From an uncultured Bacilli bacterium (GTDB lineage Bacteria; Bacillota_I; Bacilli_A; RF39; UBA660): 64,000 nucleotides of DNA. The stretch is taken from assembly GCA_934130545.1 (NCBI GenBank), contig CAKOYD010000003.1, positions 15,430 through 79,429 on the forward strand, read 5' to 3'. Position numbers and translations under genes: made by a program. Position 1 is the stretch's first letter; each line of letters starts with the position of its first letter. The notes under the pieces were generated by a model, which saw only the letters and a program-made list of their open reading frames with translations, searched no databases and had not been told where the DNA came from. Shown piece by piece: positions 11,463-21,264 of the stretch.

Positions 11463-12176
11463 CTACTTTATATTTGATAAAAATAATTTAACTGTCTCAT
11501 TATCTGATTTCATTATCTCATCATAAGTACCGGTTAAAATTATTTTACCCTCATCCATAAAGGCAATTTTTGTAGCGACTTTTTTAACAAAACTAACTTC
11601 GTGAGTTACTACAATCATTGTCATTCCTTCATCAGCAAGTTCAATCATTAAGTCTTGAACTTCTTTTACCATTTCCGGATCGAGTGCTGAGGTTGGCTCA
11701 TCGAATAGTATCATTTCAGGCTTCATCATTAAAGTTCGAACGATAGCTACTCTTTGTTTTTGTCCTCCTGATAAACTACTTGGATATACTAGAGCTTTGT
11801 CGGCTAAGTCTATCCTTTTAAGATATTCCATAGCTTTCTTTTGAGCCTCTTTCTCACTATATATACCTAACTTTATCGGAGCTAATATAATGTTATCCAT
11901 AACTGTTAAATTATTAAATAAATTAAAGTTTTGAAATACCATTCCAATCTTTTGTCTATATAAAAATATATTATTATCATTTAGTTCATGATTATCTAAA
12001 TATATCTTACCACTATCAGGCTTTGCTAAGTAATTAATGCATCTAAGGAAGGTACTCTTTCCGGAACCAGAAGGTCCGATAATAACAACTCTATCCCCTT
12101 TATTAACTTCTAGACTTATATTCTTAAGTACTTTAAGTTTACCAAAACTTTTACTAATATTCTCTACTTTAAGCAT
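11463..12176 (-). CDS. amino-acid ABC transporter ATP-binding protein
   Basis: Walker A GPSGSGKST, signature LSGGQKQRVAI and Walker B ILFDEPTSALD. Start set to MLKVENI (ATG 12176), which overlaps the permease stop. Confidence 0.9.
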   Translation of the reverse strand: MLKVENISKSFGKLKVLKNISLEVNKGDRVVIIGPSGSGKSTFLRCINYLAKPDSGKIYLDNHELNDNNIFLYRQKIGMVFQNFNLFNNLTVMDNIILAPIKLGIYSEKEAQKKAMEYLKRIDLADKALVYPSSLSGGQKQRVAIVRTLMMKPEMILFDEPTSALDPEMVKEVQDLMIELADEGMTMIVVTHEVSFVKKVATKIAFMDEGKIILTGTYDEIMKSDNETVKLFLSNIK

Positions 12177-12852
12177 TATTAATCTTCCTTTCAAATATCT
12201 TTAATAATTTAGTTAGTATGCCTGTAATAGATAAATATATTAAAGCTGTTATTATTAAAGGAAAGAAATAATTATATGTCCCGGATGCAATAATGTCTGA
12301 GGCTTTAGTAAGTTCCGTAATACCAATATATCCAGCTACTGATGTTTCTTTAATAAGAGTAATAAACTCATTTCCTAAAGCTGGTAATATATTCTTAATG
12401 GCTTGAGGTAATATAACATATTTCATTGTTTGGTTATAATTAAGTCCTAGACTAAAGCCGGCTTCCATTTGACCAATATCTACTGAATTAATTCCAGCGC
12501 GCATAATTTCTGATACATAGGCACCAGAATTAATACCAAAAGATAATATTCCTACTAAAACTAAATCGATATTAACACTCTTAAATATTACATAATAAAT
12601 AATCATTAATTGCACTAAAGCTGGTGTTCCCCTGATGATGGTTACATACAAATTGGCTATATAATTAGCTATTTTACCTTTACCTGTTTTATCATACTTA
12701 TCACGAATAAAAGCTACTAATAGACCAATAGCCATGCCTAGTATTATAGCTCCTATGGCAATAAGAATAGTATTTTTAAGGCCTTCTAGTATATACATAT
12801 ATCTTTTATCGTATATTACACTCTTATAAAAATCATTAATTATCTTTTCCAT
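12169..12852 (-). CDS. amino-acid ABC transporter permease
   Basis: His/Glu/Gln/Arg-type permease pattern (RGTPALVQLMIIYY; EAG...LG) with 5 or more TM segments. Confidence 0.9.
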   Translation of the reverse strand: MEKIINDFYKSVIYDKRYMYILEGLKNTILIAIGAIILGMAIGLLVAFIRDKYDKTGKGKIANYIANLYVTIIRGTPALVQLMIIYYVIFKSVNIDLVLVGILSFGINSGAYVSEIMRAGINSVDIGQMEAGFSLGLNYNQTMKYVILPQAIKNILPALGNEFITLIKETSVAGYIGITELTKASDIIASGTYNYFFPLIITALIYLSITGILTKLLKIFERKINNA

Positions 12853-12863
12853 ATATCCCCCTA

Positions 12864-13583
12864 CTACTTAGAATGGTTAATAATATATTCTTCTATCTTT
12901 CCTTCACTTTGTAATTTTTCTAGTACCGTATTTATGCTATTAAGAAGATCAGTATTTCCTTTTTTAACAGCAATTCCATAACTATCACTAAATAAGTATC
13001 CAGGTAATAATTTTAATCCTTCGTTTGCTTTTATTATTTCTTGAGCAGGTAGATTATCCATAATAATTAAATCAACTTTGCTGGCTTTAAGATCCTCTAC
13101 CATTGTTAGATATTTCTTTTGTCTAACTATTTTGGAATTTTTATAAGTCTTTGTAGCATAGCTATCCGCAACATTACCAAGTTGAACAGCAATCTTTTTG
13201 CCATCTATTTCATTCATTGTGATATTACTATCTTTTCTTACTATAACTACTTGATTAGATGTTATATATTCTATAGAAAAGTCTACTTCTTGCAGTCTTT
13301 CAGGAGTGATACTCATTCCAGCGGCGGCGAAATCAGCTTTACCACTATTAAGTTCATTAATAATTGAATCAAAGGCAATATCTTTAACTACTAATTCTTT
13401 GCCTATATAATTAGCTATTTCATTTGCTATATCAATATCTACTCCGACTACCTTACCATTCTCATAATACTCATAAGGTGCAAAACCAGCTTCCGTTACT
13501 AAAATTAATTGATTCTCATTTCTAGAGCATCCTGTTAAAAATACTAACCCCAATATTATTCCTATTAACCATTTCCTCATCAA
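12864..13583 (-). CDS. amino-acid ABC transporter substrate-binding lipoprotein
   Basis: Lipobox LTGC after a signal peptide. Family-3 solute-binding pattern (GFAPYEY..., DIDIANEIA, AAAGMSITPER). Confidence 0.88.
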   Translation of the reverse strand: MMRKWLIGIILGLVFLTGCSRNENQLILVTEAGFAPYEYYENGKVVGVDIDIANEIANYIGKELVVKDIAFDSIINELNSGKADFAAAGMSITPERLQEVDFSIEYITSNQVVIVRKDSNITMNEIDGKKIAVQLGNVADSYATKTYKNSKIVRQKKYLTMVEDLKASKVDLIIMDNLPAQEIIKANEGLKLLPGYLFSDSYGIAVKKGNTDLLNSINTVLEKLQSEGKIEEYIINHSK

Positions 13584-13624
13584 TACTCCTCCTCCAACAT
13601 ATCTAGTGTCCTCTACTGTAATTA

Positions 13625-13653
13625 ATTATATCAAATAATATTTTCTTTGTCTA
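13625..13653 (-). promoter_or_regulatory. putative sigma-A promoter of the ABC-importer/ADI operon
   Basis: On the minus strand: TAGACA, a 17-nt spacer ending in TGa, then TATAAT. It lies about 40 nt upstream of the GGAGGAGG RBS of the binding-protein gene. Confidence 0.5.
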
Positions 13654-13717
13654 TAAATGGACCACTTTTTGTAGAATAAAAAGAGCTTACCCTCTAAATG
13701 GAAGGATTGCTCTTTAG

Positions 13718-15838
13718 TTAATTAATCTTCTTACTGTAAATACTAATAGGTATAATACCTCCTAACTTAGTAATTAATAGTGAGGTAATTAATGATACTA
13801 AAATAATATTAATATTTAAGTTAATTATCTTCTCTATTCCTATTAAGTTATAGATAATAGTATTAATTGGATTACTAATTAAATAGACAGAGATTAGACC
13901 TATAAACATAGATATAAGACCAATAATAAAATTTTCAGAAGAAAATATCTTTTTAACATCACGTCTTCTAACTCCTAGTGTTCTTAATAGAATTATTTCT
14001 TTTTCTCTTTCTAATGTTGATATATAGGTAATAACCATCATCATAATTATTGATATAACTATGGATAGAATACTAAAGAACATTAAGATGATAGTTAAGA
14101 TATTAACGAAGTCAACAACAGTATCAATAACATATTTACTAGCGTCTTCATAGATAATATCTTGATAGTTATCTAATTTATTAATTATTATATCTTTATT
14201 ATCTTTACTGCTTGGATATATATAGATACCATTAATGTAATTACCATAACCTAATCTACTAAGAAGTATTTCTTTATCTTCTTCAGTTAAGATAGTATTA
14301 TCAAGAAGACTATAATTAACTAGGCATTGTTTTTTAACAATATCACTAGTACTATTTTTAGAGATAATATATTTTACTAAGTCATTACTATATAATATAT
14401 AACTACTATCTGTTAACATATTATCTTCTTTAGGTTTAATGATACCTACTATTTTTAAATATTCAGAACTACTATTATAGATATCAGAATAGTTATTGTT
14501 AATATAATACATATTATTATAGTTAAGGTAATAACTATTATTGAGTATTAATTTAAACTCTTTATTAAGAATATTATCATAATCTAAGTTACCATTAAAT
14601 ATTTTAGAAATAGTACTACTAACTTGGTTATTTTTATCAATAAGTAATACTAGTTCATTATAGTTATTAGGTAACCTACCATAGACTATATCATAATTAT
14701 TATTAATTATTTTAGTGCTTGGTATAAAGTTAATGGTAGTATGATCTAGATAGTTATAATCATTAGACATAATATTAATATCTACTAGTTTATCATAATA
14801 AATACCATTAGTATAAGTATTAAGACTATTTATAGTATCAAGAAAAGTATTATTAAATATATTAGTATGAATACTATCTTCTTTCTTAGTTATATTGTCG
14901 TGATAGGTACTAGAAGATTCTTTGAAGGTGTCATGTAAAGTTACAATTGGACTACTAACTAATACTTTATCTTCTAATATTTTTATTTCTTTTAAGGTGT
15001 TTTGTGATACTGATAGAACTAAGCATAAAGATATAATAGATATTGAACATGCTAAAGATATTAGAATAGTTCTAATCTTTTTTGACCATAAATTATTTAA
15101 AGATAGTTTAATAGCGTTCCTAAAACTAAGATGAGGTTTAATTATTTTATTAACTTTATAATCAGTGTGATATCTATTAATAGTTTCATCTCTTACTACT
15201 TTACCATCACTTAATCTTATAATACGATTAGAATATCTTTTAGCTAAATATTCATTATGACTTACAGCAATAACTAAAATATTTTTTGATAATTCTTTTA
15301 AGATATCCATAACAATAATACTATTCTTACTATCAAGGGCTCCGGTGGGTTCGTCCGCTAAAACGATTAAGGGATTTTTGATAATGGCACGAGCAATGGC
15401 TACTCTCTGTTTTTCGCCACCGGATAAAGTACTTACTTTTTTATGAGCTAAGTCTTCAATATGTAATAGTTTTAACTTACTATATACCCTCCTCTTTTTT
15501 TCACGCTTGGACATTTTAATTATATTTAGTGGCATAACAACATTATCATATACTGTTAAATTATCTATTAAATAATAGTCTTGATAGATATAACTAATAT
15601 AATTACTACGATAATTATCATATTCTTTTTCACTATAAGTATTTAAATTACGATTAAGTATTTCAACACTACCTTTATCATATTTAATTAGACCTCCTAT
15701 TACTTTGAGTAAAGTAGATTTACCACTACCAGAAGTACCTAATATAGTGATAAATCCCGGAGTAGAAAACTCTAAATTAATATCTTTTAAAACTAAGTTC
15801 TTACCATAAGACTTAGTTATATTAATTAATTTTAACAT
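13718..15838 (-). CDS. ABC transporter with fused ATP-binding and FtsX/MacB-type permease domains
   Basis: N-terminal domain has GTSGSGKST, LSGGEKQRVAIARA and LADEPTGALD. The C-terminus has TM segments with the FtsX-like ending ...TLGVRRRDVKKIF... Confidence 0.8.
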   Translation of the reverse strand: MLKLINITKSYGKNLVLKDINLEFSTPGFITILGTSGSGKSTLLKVIGGLIKYDKGSVEILNRNLNTYSEKEYDNYRSNYISYIYQDYYLIDNLTVYDNVVMPLNIIKMSKREKKRRVYSKLKLLHIEDLAHKKVSTLSGGEKQRVAIARAIIKNPLIVLADEPTGALDSKNSIIVMDILKELSKNILVIAVSHNEYLAKRYSNRIIRLSDGKVVRDETINRYHTDYKVNKIIKPHLSFRNAIKLSLNNLWSKKIRTILISLACSISIISLCLVLSVSQNTLKEIKILEDKVLVSSPIVTLHDTFKESSSTYHDNITKKEDSIHTNIFNNTFLDTINSLNTYTNGIYYDKLVDINIMSNDYNYLDHTTINFIPSTKIINNNYDIVYGRLPNNYNELVLLIDKNNQVSSTISKIFNGNLDYDNILNKEFKLILNNSYYLNYNNMYYINNNYSDIYNSSSEYLKIVGIIKPKEDNMLTDSSYILYSNDLVKYIISKNSTSDIVKKQCLVNYSLLDNTILTEEDKEILLSRLGYGNYINGIYIYPSSKDNKDIIINKLDNYQDIIYEDASKYVIDTVVDFVNILTIILMFFSILSIVISIIMMMVITYISTLEREKEIILLRTLGVRRRDVKKIFSSENFIIGLISMFIGLISVYLISNPINTIIYNLIGIEKIINLNINIILVSLITSLLITKLGGIIPISIYSKKIN

Positions 15839-16170
15839 TATTTCCTTTCTCCATATAAACAGTTAGATATTATAACTATATCACACTATTATTATAAATA
15901 ATTAGAAATTAATTTATAGATAACGAAAATAGTGTTTGATAGTTCAAATATTAGATACTTGATTATTAATTTGAATTAATGATTATTGGATAAAAAATAT
16001 TTTTAGTGAATGGCTAGATGAAAAGCAATTCTCAAAAAACGAGAATTGCAAACTTCGATAAACCTCGTTAATAGTGAATATCATAAAATATTATTACGTA
16101 AAAGAAATTACAAAAATAATATAATATACCACAACTCAATAATATCTTGAATAAAGAATCGAATAATTAA

Positions 16171-16193
16171 GTTGTCGCAAAATTTGCGGCAAC
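16171..16193 (+). repeat. 23-nt palindrome, copy 1 (GTTGTCGCAAA-A-TTTGCGGCAAC)
   Basis: 10 of 11 arm positions are complementary. Followed by the conserved tail ...aaaatcaaattactataccctaaaat. Confidence 0.8.
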
Positions 16194-16224
16194 TGCTAAA
16201 TAAAATCAAATTACTATACCCTAA

Positions 16225-16548
16225 AATGAAATTATAATATTTGAAAATCAGAATGTAAAACTCGAAGTGAATATGAAAGATGAAACAGTATGACTTACAC
16301 AAGAACAAATGGGATTATTATTTGGTAAATCCAAATCAACAATTAATAAACATATAAAAAATATACACAAAGATGAAGAATTATTAGAATATGATACTAT
16401 GAGAAAATTCGGAATTTCCGAATTTAGTGATAAACCAACAAACTATTATAATCTTGATATGATAATTAGTGCTGGCTATAGAGTTAAAAGTCAAAAGTGT
16501 GTTGTCTTTAGAAAAAGTGGTTATTGCAAAATTTGCGACAACCACTAG
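16225..16548 (+). pseudogene. decayed 5' fragment of a RhuM-family gene
   Basis: Nucleotide and protein similarity to the first ~110 codons of the intact gene at 16654 (NEIIIFENQNVKLEVNMKDETV*L...YYNLDMIISAGYRVKSQ). The start codon is lost, an in-frame TGA at 16291-16293 replaces the TGG (Trp) of the intact copy, and the reading frame ends in palindrome copy 2. Confidence 0.7.
16519..16543 (+). repeat. palindrome, copy 2 (GGTTATTGCAAA-A-TTTGCGACAACC)
   Basis: Same element 348 bp downstream of copy 1, followed by the same tail (aaaatcaaactactataccctaaaat). Confidence 0.75.
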
Positions 16549-16653
16549 GCAAAATCAAACTACTATACCCTAAAATAAAATAATCAATTAATTTTTGAAG
16601 AAAAAGAAGAAAAATGGCTATTACTCTCGGAATATTATAATTGAGGGATGTAA

Positions 16654-17592
16654 ATGAAAAATGAAATTATAATATTTGAAAACCAAAATGTAAAACTTGA
16701 AGTAAATATGAAAGATGAAACAGTGTGGTTATCATTAGATCAAATGGCTAAATTGTTTTGCAGAGATAAATCTGTCGTATCTAGACACATTAGGAATGCT
16801 ATAAACGAAGAATTAAATAATTCAGTTGTTGCAAATTTTGCAACAACTGCAAATGATGATAAAACTTATCAAGTAAAATATTATAATCTAGATGTAATTA
16901 TCAGTGTTGGCTATCGTGTTAAAAGTCAAAATGGTGTTATCTTTAGGAAATGGGCAACTAAGGTTTTAAAAGACTATATGATTAAAGGTTATGCAATTAA
17001 TCAAAAGAGATTGGAATATTTAGAGAAAACAGTTATGTTAATTGATATAGCTAGTAGAATCAATACTGAAATACAAGGTACTGAAGCACAAGAGATAATT
17101 AAAGTAATAAATAATTATTCTAAAGCCCTAAGACTACTTGATGATTATGATTATAAGAGATTATCTAAACCACGAGGTACTATGAATGATAAAAAAATAA
17201 CATATAGAGAATGTATAAATGTAATTAATAAATTAAGATTTAACAATATTAGTACTCTATTTGCTCTTGAGAGAAAAGAAGGCTTAAAATCAATAATTAA
17301 TAATCTATATCAAACATTTGATGGTAAGGAGTTATACCCCACTATAGAAGAAAAGGCTGCTAATTTTTTATACTTGATAACTAAAAATCATGTTTTTATT
17401 GATGGTAATAAAAGAATTGCAGCAACATTATTTATTTACTTTTTAGAATACTATAATACTTTATATAGAGAAAATAAACAAATTATTGATAATAATACTT
17501 TAGTAGCAATTACTTTGCTAGTAGCACAGTCTAATCCTAAAGAGAAAGACATATTAATTGATTTAATAATGAATTTTTTAAATGACAACTAA
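16654..17592 (+). CDS. RhuM-family N-terminal domain fused to a Fic/Doc-type domain
   Basis: N-terminal region ...VVANFATTANDDKTYQVKYYNLDVIISVGYRVKSQNGVIFRKWATKVL is the RhuM signature. C-terminal HVFIDGNKRIAATLF matches the Doc/Fic core HxFx(D/N)GNKR. Confidence 0.8.
   Translation: MKNEIIIFENQNVKLEVNMKDETVWLSLDQMAKLFCRDKSVVSRHIRNAINEELNNSVVANFATTANDDKTYQVKYYNLDVIISVGYRVKSQNGVIFRKWATKVLKDYMIKGYAINQKRLEYLEKTVMLIDIASRINTEIQGTEAQEIIKVINNYSKALRLLDDYDYKRLSKPRGTMNDKKITYRECINVINKLRFNNISTLFALERKEGLKSIINNLYQTFDGKELYPTIEEKAANFLYLITKNHVFIDGNKRIAATLFIYFLEYYNTLYRENKQIIDNNTLVAITLLVAQSNPKEKDILIDLIMNFLNDN
16825..16847 (+). repeat. palindrome, copy 3 (perfect: GTTGTTGCAAA-T-TTTGCAACAAC), inside the intact RhuM/Doc gene
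   Basis: 11-bp arms are perfectly complementary and encode VVANFATT. Confidence 0.8.
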
Positions 17593-17605
17593 AAAGAAGA
17601 TACTG

Positions 17606-18079
17606 CTATCTTCCTTTACCTTTATTGTTATTTTCTTGATAACTATTATACATTAAATAATCTAAATATCTATCTTTTATTTCTTTTTTATATAATTCAT
17701 TTTCTAATTTATTAACCATTAATTCTAGTTTTTTTAGAGTTAGTGAGCTATAGTTATTACCTAAATATTTTATATATTTAGTAATGATACTTACTCTTAA
17801 CTTCTCTGCTTTCATTAGATTTTCTCTAATAGATTCTCCATCAGTACCATCATCAATATTTTCAATAAACTCTAATAACATGGTAATAATATTATTTATC
17901 TTTTTCTTAATAATTTTACTACTCAAACTAGAGGATGCAAAGACAACTTTTTTTACTGATATAGCATCTTTCATTTTTGTTTTAGGAGTTATTTCATAAC
18001 CGTCAATTTTATCATATTCTAAATATACTACTTCATCAGTTTCGTGATTTCTTTCAACAAAATAATTTTCTCTAGTCAT
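17606..18079 (-). CDS. hypothetical protein (157 aa)
   Basis: Overlaps the trmD stop and is the last gene of the rimM-trmD transcription unit. No motif recognised. Confidence 0.5.
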   Translation of the reverse strand: MTRENYFVERNHETDEVVYLEYDKIDGYEITPKTKMKDAISVKKVVFASSSLSSKIIKKKINNIITMLLEFIENIDDGTDGESIRENLMKAEKLRVSIITKYIKYLGNNYSSLTLKKLELMVNKLENELYKKEIKDRYLDYLMYNSYQENNNKGKGR

Positions 18080-18749
18080 CTTGATTCCTACTTTCTTGAT
18101 AACTATTTTTTAAGTTAGTTAATCTTATTTGTTCTTCATGACGGTATTTATTAATATTAGCATGATGACCACTTAGTAATACTTCAGGTACTTTCATGCC
18201 TCTAAAATCGACGGGTTTAGTATAATTAGGATAATCTAATAATTCAGTATCAAAACTTTCACTATCTAGAGAACCGTCGCTTATAACTCCAGGTACTAAT
18301 CTAGTAATAGCATCACTTATCATCATAGCTGGTAATTCACCACCGGTTAAGACAAAATCACCAATACTAACTTCTCTATCAATAATTGTTTTTATTCTTT
18401 CATCAAAGCCTTCATAATGACCGCATAGTAAGATTATGTGTGATAGTTTAGATAATTCTTTAGCCATTTTCTGATTAAAAGTTTGTCCACCGGGTGTTAG
18501 CATAATAACTTCCGTATTATCTTTACGTAAATCTTCAATAGCATTAAAGATTGGTTCACACATTAGAACCATACCACTACCCCCACCTATTGGATAGTCA
18601 TCAACTTGTTTATTCTTATACGGTGAATAATCTCTAATATTATGAATATTTATTTTAATTTTATCATTTTCAATAGCTCTTTTTATAATAGAATTATTTA
18701 AAAAACCATCAAACATACTAGGAAACAATGTTAATATATCTATAACCAT
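18072..18749 (-). CDS. trmD: tRNA (guanine37-N1)-methyltransferase
   Basis: MVIDILTLFPSMFDGFLNNSIIKRA..., GGGSGMVLM and LLCGHYEGFDERI are TrmD hallmarks. Confidence 0.93.
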   Translation of the reverse strand: MVIDILTLFPSMFDGFLNNSIIKRAIENDKIKINIHNIRDYSPYKNKQVDDYPIGGGSGMVLMCEPIFNAIEDLRKDNTEVIMLTPGGQTFNQKMAKELSKLSHIILLCGHYEGFDERIKTIIDREVSIGDFVLTGGELPAMMISDAITRLVPGVISDGSLDSESFDTELLDYPNYTKPVDFRGMKVPEVLLSGHHANINKYRHEEQIRLTNLKNSYQESRNQDD

Positions 18750-19240
18750 TACAATAACCCCCTAAGATTTTTATATATTAATTTTTTATTATTTAAATCA
18801 ACACTTTCTATTAAATCAAAATTATATGGTAAGAAGTATTCTTTAGTATCATTTCTAATTACTAATACTTCATTTTTATTATGTTTATCGATTCTTTTTA
18901 CTTTACCTATAATATCATTATCAATAATAACATCTAAGTTAATTATATCTTCATCTAGATATTGGTTATCTCCTAAGATAATATCTTCTTTATTTACATA
19001 TACTCTTTTACCTTTATATTTTAAAACATCATTAATATTATTTATTCCTTTAATAGTTATCATATCAAATATTTTATGATGTCGATAACTATTAATAATT
19101 TCTGGTATTTTATCTTCGCCAATATATATTTTAAAGTTATTTTTAAATATTAAATCTTTATATTTAAAGTCAGATAATATTCTTATTTCTCCTTTTAAGC
19201 CATGAGTATTTACTATTTTTCCTATGTATATGTATTTCAT
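18749..19240 (-). CDS. rimM: ribosome maturation factor RimM
   Basis: IGKIVNTHGLKGEIRI N-terminal motif and position upstream of trmD. Confidence 0.85.
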   Translation of the reverse strand: MKYIYIGKIVNTHGLKGEIRILSDFKYKDLIFKNNFKIYIGEDKIPEIINSYRHHKIFDMITIKGINNINDVLKYKGKRVYVNKEDIILGDNQYLDEDIINLDVIIDNDIIGKVKRIDKHNKNEVLVIRNDTKEYFLPYNFDLIESVDLNNKKLIYKNLRGLL

Positions 19241-19962
19241 TTGTTCACCTCATACATCAAGATAGAAGCAGCAACAGCGGCGTTTAAACTTTCACATTTA
19301 TTAGACATTTTAATATAGATATTATAATTAGAAAGTTTTGCAATACTATCTCTTACTCCATGTCCTTCATTACCTATTATTAGTGCTAATTTATCACTTG
19401 GTTGATATGTTTTGATATCAATACCATTATTAACATTAGTAGTAAGTATATCATAATTATTATTTTTAAGGTTTAATAACTTATCTTCTAAATTACATGT
19501 AATAACATTTGTATGAAATATCATTCCTTTAGTCGATCTTATTACTTTAGGGTTATATAAATCAACACTATCAGAACTTAGTAATATTGTATCAAAATTA
19601 AAGGCACAGGCGCTTCTAATCATTGTTCCTAAATTACCGGGATCTTGAATATTATCAAGAGCGAGAACTCTACTTCCTATTACATTATTTTCTTTTTTAT
19701 GGCATAGGGCAATAACGGGAGAGATAGATTCTAACATACTTAATTTTTCCATAACATTTTTGCTTATATAAGTTGTAGGATATTTATAAGAAAGATTAGA
19801 GTCTTCTAGTAAATATACTTCTATTACTAAGTCTTCTTTAATGGCTTCTTCAACTAAGTGGATACCTTCTACTAAGAATTTGTTAGTAGCATCTCTGACA
19901 CTTTTATTTTTATATTTTACTAATTCTTTTATTTTTTCATTATTAACTGAAGTAATAAGCAT
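19237..19962 (-). CDS. TrmH/SpoU-family RNA 2'-O-methyltransferase
   Basis: Motifs DNIQDPGNLGTMIRSA, LIIGNEGHGV and ESLNAAVAASILMYE. Confidence 0.85.
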   Translation of the reverse strand: MLITSVNNEKIKELVKYKNKSVRDATNKFLVEGIHLVEEAIKEDLVIEVYLLEDSNLSYKYPTTYISKNVMEKLSMLESISPVIALCHKKENNVIGSRVLALDNIQDPGNLGTMIRSACAFNFDTILLSSDSVDLYNPKVIRSTKGMIFHTNVITCNLEDKLLNLKNNNYDILTTNVNNGIDIKTYQPSDKLALIIGNEGHGVRDSIAKLSNYNIYIKMSNKCESLNAAVAASILMYEVNK

Positions 19963-19973
19963 ATTTTCACTTC

Positions 19974-20603
19974 CTAATCTTTAAGTTTATTCCTTAATAT
20001 TTTATAATTGGGACAATATTTACTAACAACATTCCAAAACTCTTTAGAATGGTTAGCGTGAACTAGATGAGACAATTCATGAATTACAACATAATCTAGA
20101 CATTCAATATCATACTTAAATAGTTCTGTATTTAAGGTAATAACTTTACTTTTAGTATTACATACTCCCCATCTAGTAGTCATTTTTCTTAATCTTAAAC
20201 TAGGTTTAGGAATATTTTCTTCAAACCCATTATACCAATAATATAGTCTATTTGTAAATATCTCTCGGATATTTTTACTTATCCATTTATCTAATTCTTT
20301 ATATGATGGAGTAAATATTTTATCATTAAATATATCTACTTCACTAAATGTTCCAATAATAATATCATAGTTAGTACCAAAATAATAAAACTTACTAGCT
20401 CTTTCTTGATGACGATTATCTTTATTTATCATTCTTTCAATAGAGGTAATATTATCATTAATTAATTTAATTATTTTCTTATCAGATTCTAAATAATTAG
20501 TAGTAACATTAATTACTCCATCATGAACTCTAATATAAGTATTTTTATTATTTTTTCTAATAACATTAACTGGATATGTAGTACCATTAATATCTATATT
20601 CAT
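19974..20603 (-). CDS. YgjP-like/DUF45 zinc metallohydrolase
   Basis: RWGVCN... and HELSHLVHANHSKEFW (HExxH). Start set to ATG 20603 (MNIDINGT) with an AGGAGGG RBS. Confidence 0.8.
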   Translation of the reverse strand: MNIDINGTTYPVNVIRKNNKNTYIRVHDGVINVTTNYLESDKKIIKLINDNITSIERMINKDNRHQERASKFYYFGTNYDIIIGTFSEVDIFNDKIFTPSYKELDKWISKNIREIFTNRLYYWYNGFEENIPKPSLRLRKMTTRWGVCNTKSKVITLNTELFKYDIECLDYVVIHELSHLVHANHSKEFWNVVSKYCPNYKILRNKLKD

Positions 20604-20641
20604 AAACCCTCCTATAAGTATCAAAAAAGGCTTTAATAAGC

Positions 20642-21166
20642 CTATTTATAATAATCAATTCTTTTATATCCAAATACTTTAGCTACAACACTACTAGGAA
20701 ATGACTCAACCATATTGTTATAACGCATAACACTTTCATTATAGAAGTCTCTAGCATAGGCTATTTTATCTTCACAATTAACTAATTCTTCTTGTAATTT
20801 AAGAAAGTTAGTATTACTCTTTAATTCAGGATAGTTTTCACTAAGTACTAATAAGTTATTAATTTCTTTAGATAACTTAATATCACTATTAACTTTATCA
20901 TTAATAGTTTCAGCTTTAACAGCACTACTCCTTATCTTAGCTATTTCTTTAAAAGTATTTTCTTCATGTTTAGTATACCCTTTAACGATATTTACAAGTT
21001 CGGGTACTAAATCTACTCGTCTTTTAACAACAACATCTATAGCACTAAACTTATTTAATACTTTATTACGACTATTTATTAAAGAATTATTAATACTAAT
21101 GATATAAAAAACTAATATTATAAATACACATAATAATATTATAATAATCAAACTCGCCGTATCCAT
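20642..21166 (-). CDS. lemA: LemA family protein
   Basis: N-terminal TM anchor, then ...NYPELKSNTNFLKLQEEL...ED(K)IAYARDFYN, the LemA pattern. Confidence 0.85.
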   Translation of the reverse strand: MDTASLIIIILLCVFIILVFYIISINNSLINSRNKVLNKFSAIDVVVKRRVDLVPELVNIVKGYTKHEENTFKEIAKIRSSAVKAETINDKVNSDIKLSKEINNLLVLSENYPELKSNTNFLKLQEELVNCEDKIAYARDFYNESVMRYNNMVESFPSSVVAKVFGYKRIDYYK

Positions 21167-21264
21167 TTTATTCCTCCTACTATAATTATAAACTAATAAA
21201 ATATAAAAATAAATAGTTATACATATTTTTTTATAAAATAGTAAATACTATTATTGGTGATAAA

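Noticed and set aside
16024-16050. 9-bp inverted repeat GCAATTCTC-N7-GAGAATTGC in the accessory intergenic stretch, as a possible fourth copy of the RhuM palindrome or a terminator
   Set aside because: The sequence is unrelated to the 23-bp palindrome apart from a ttgcaaa core, and no gene obviously ends there. It is probably another relic hairpin and too ambiguous to annotate.
16291-16293. In-frame TGA aligned to a TGG Trp codon of the intact RhuM gene, as possible evidence for genetic code 4 (TGA=Trp)
   Set aside because: Trp is encoded by TGG throughout the long ORFs, and TGA acts as a genuine stop (for example the pilin gene at 48426-48428, overlapping the ung start). The fragment also lacks a start codon, so a pseudogene is the simpler reading.
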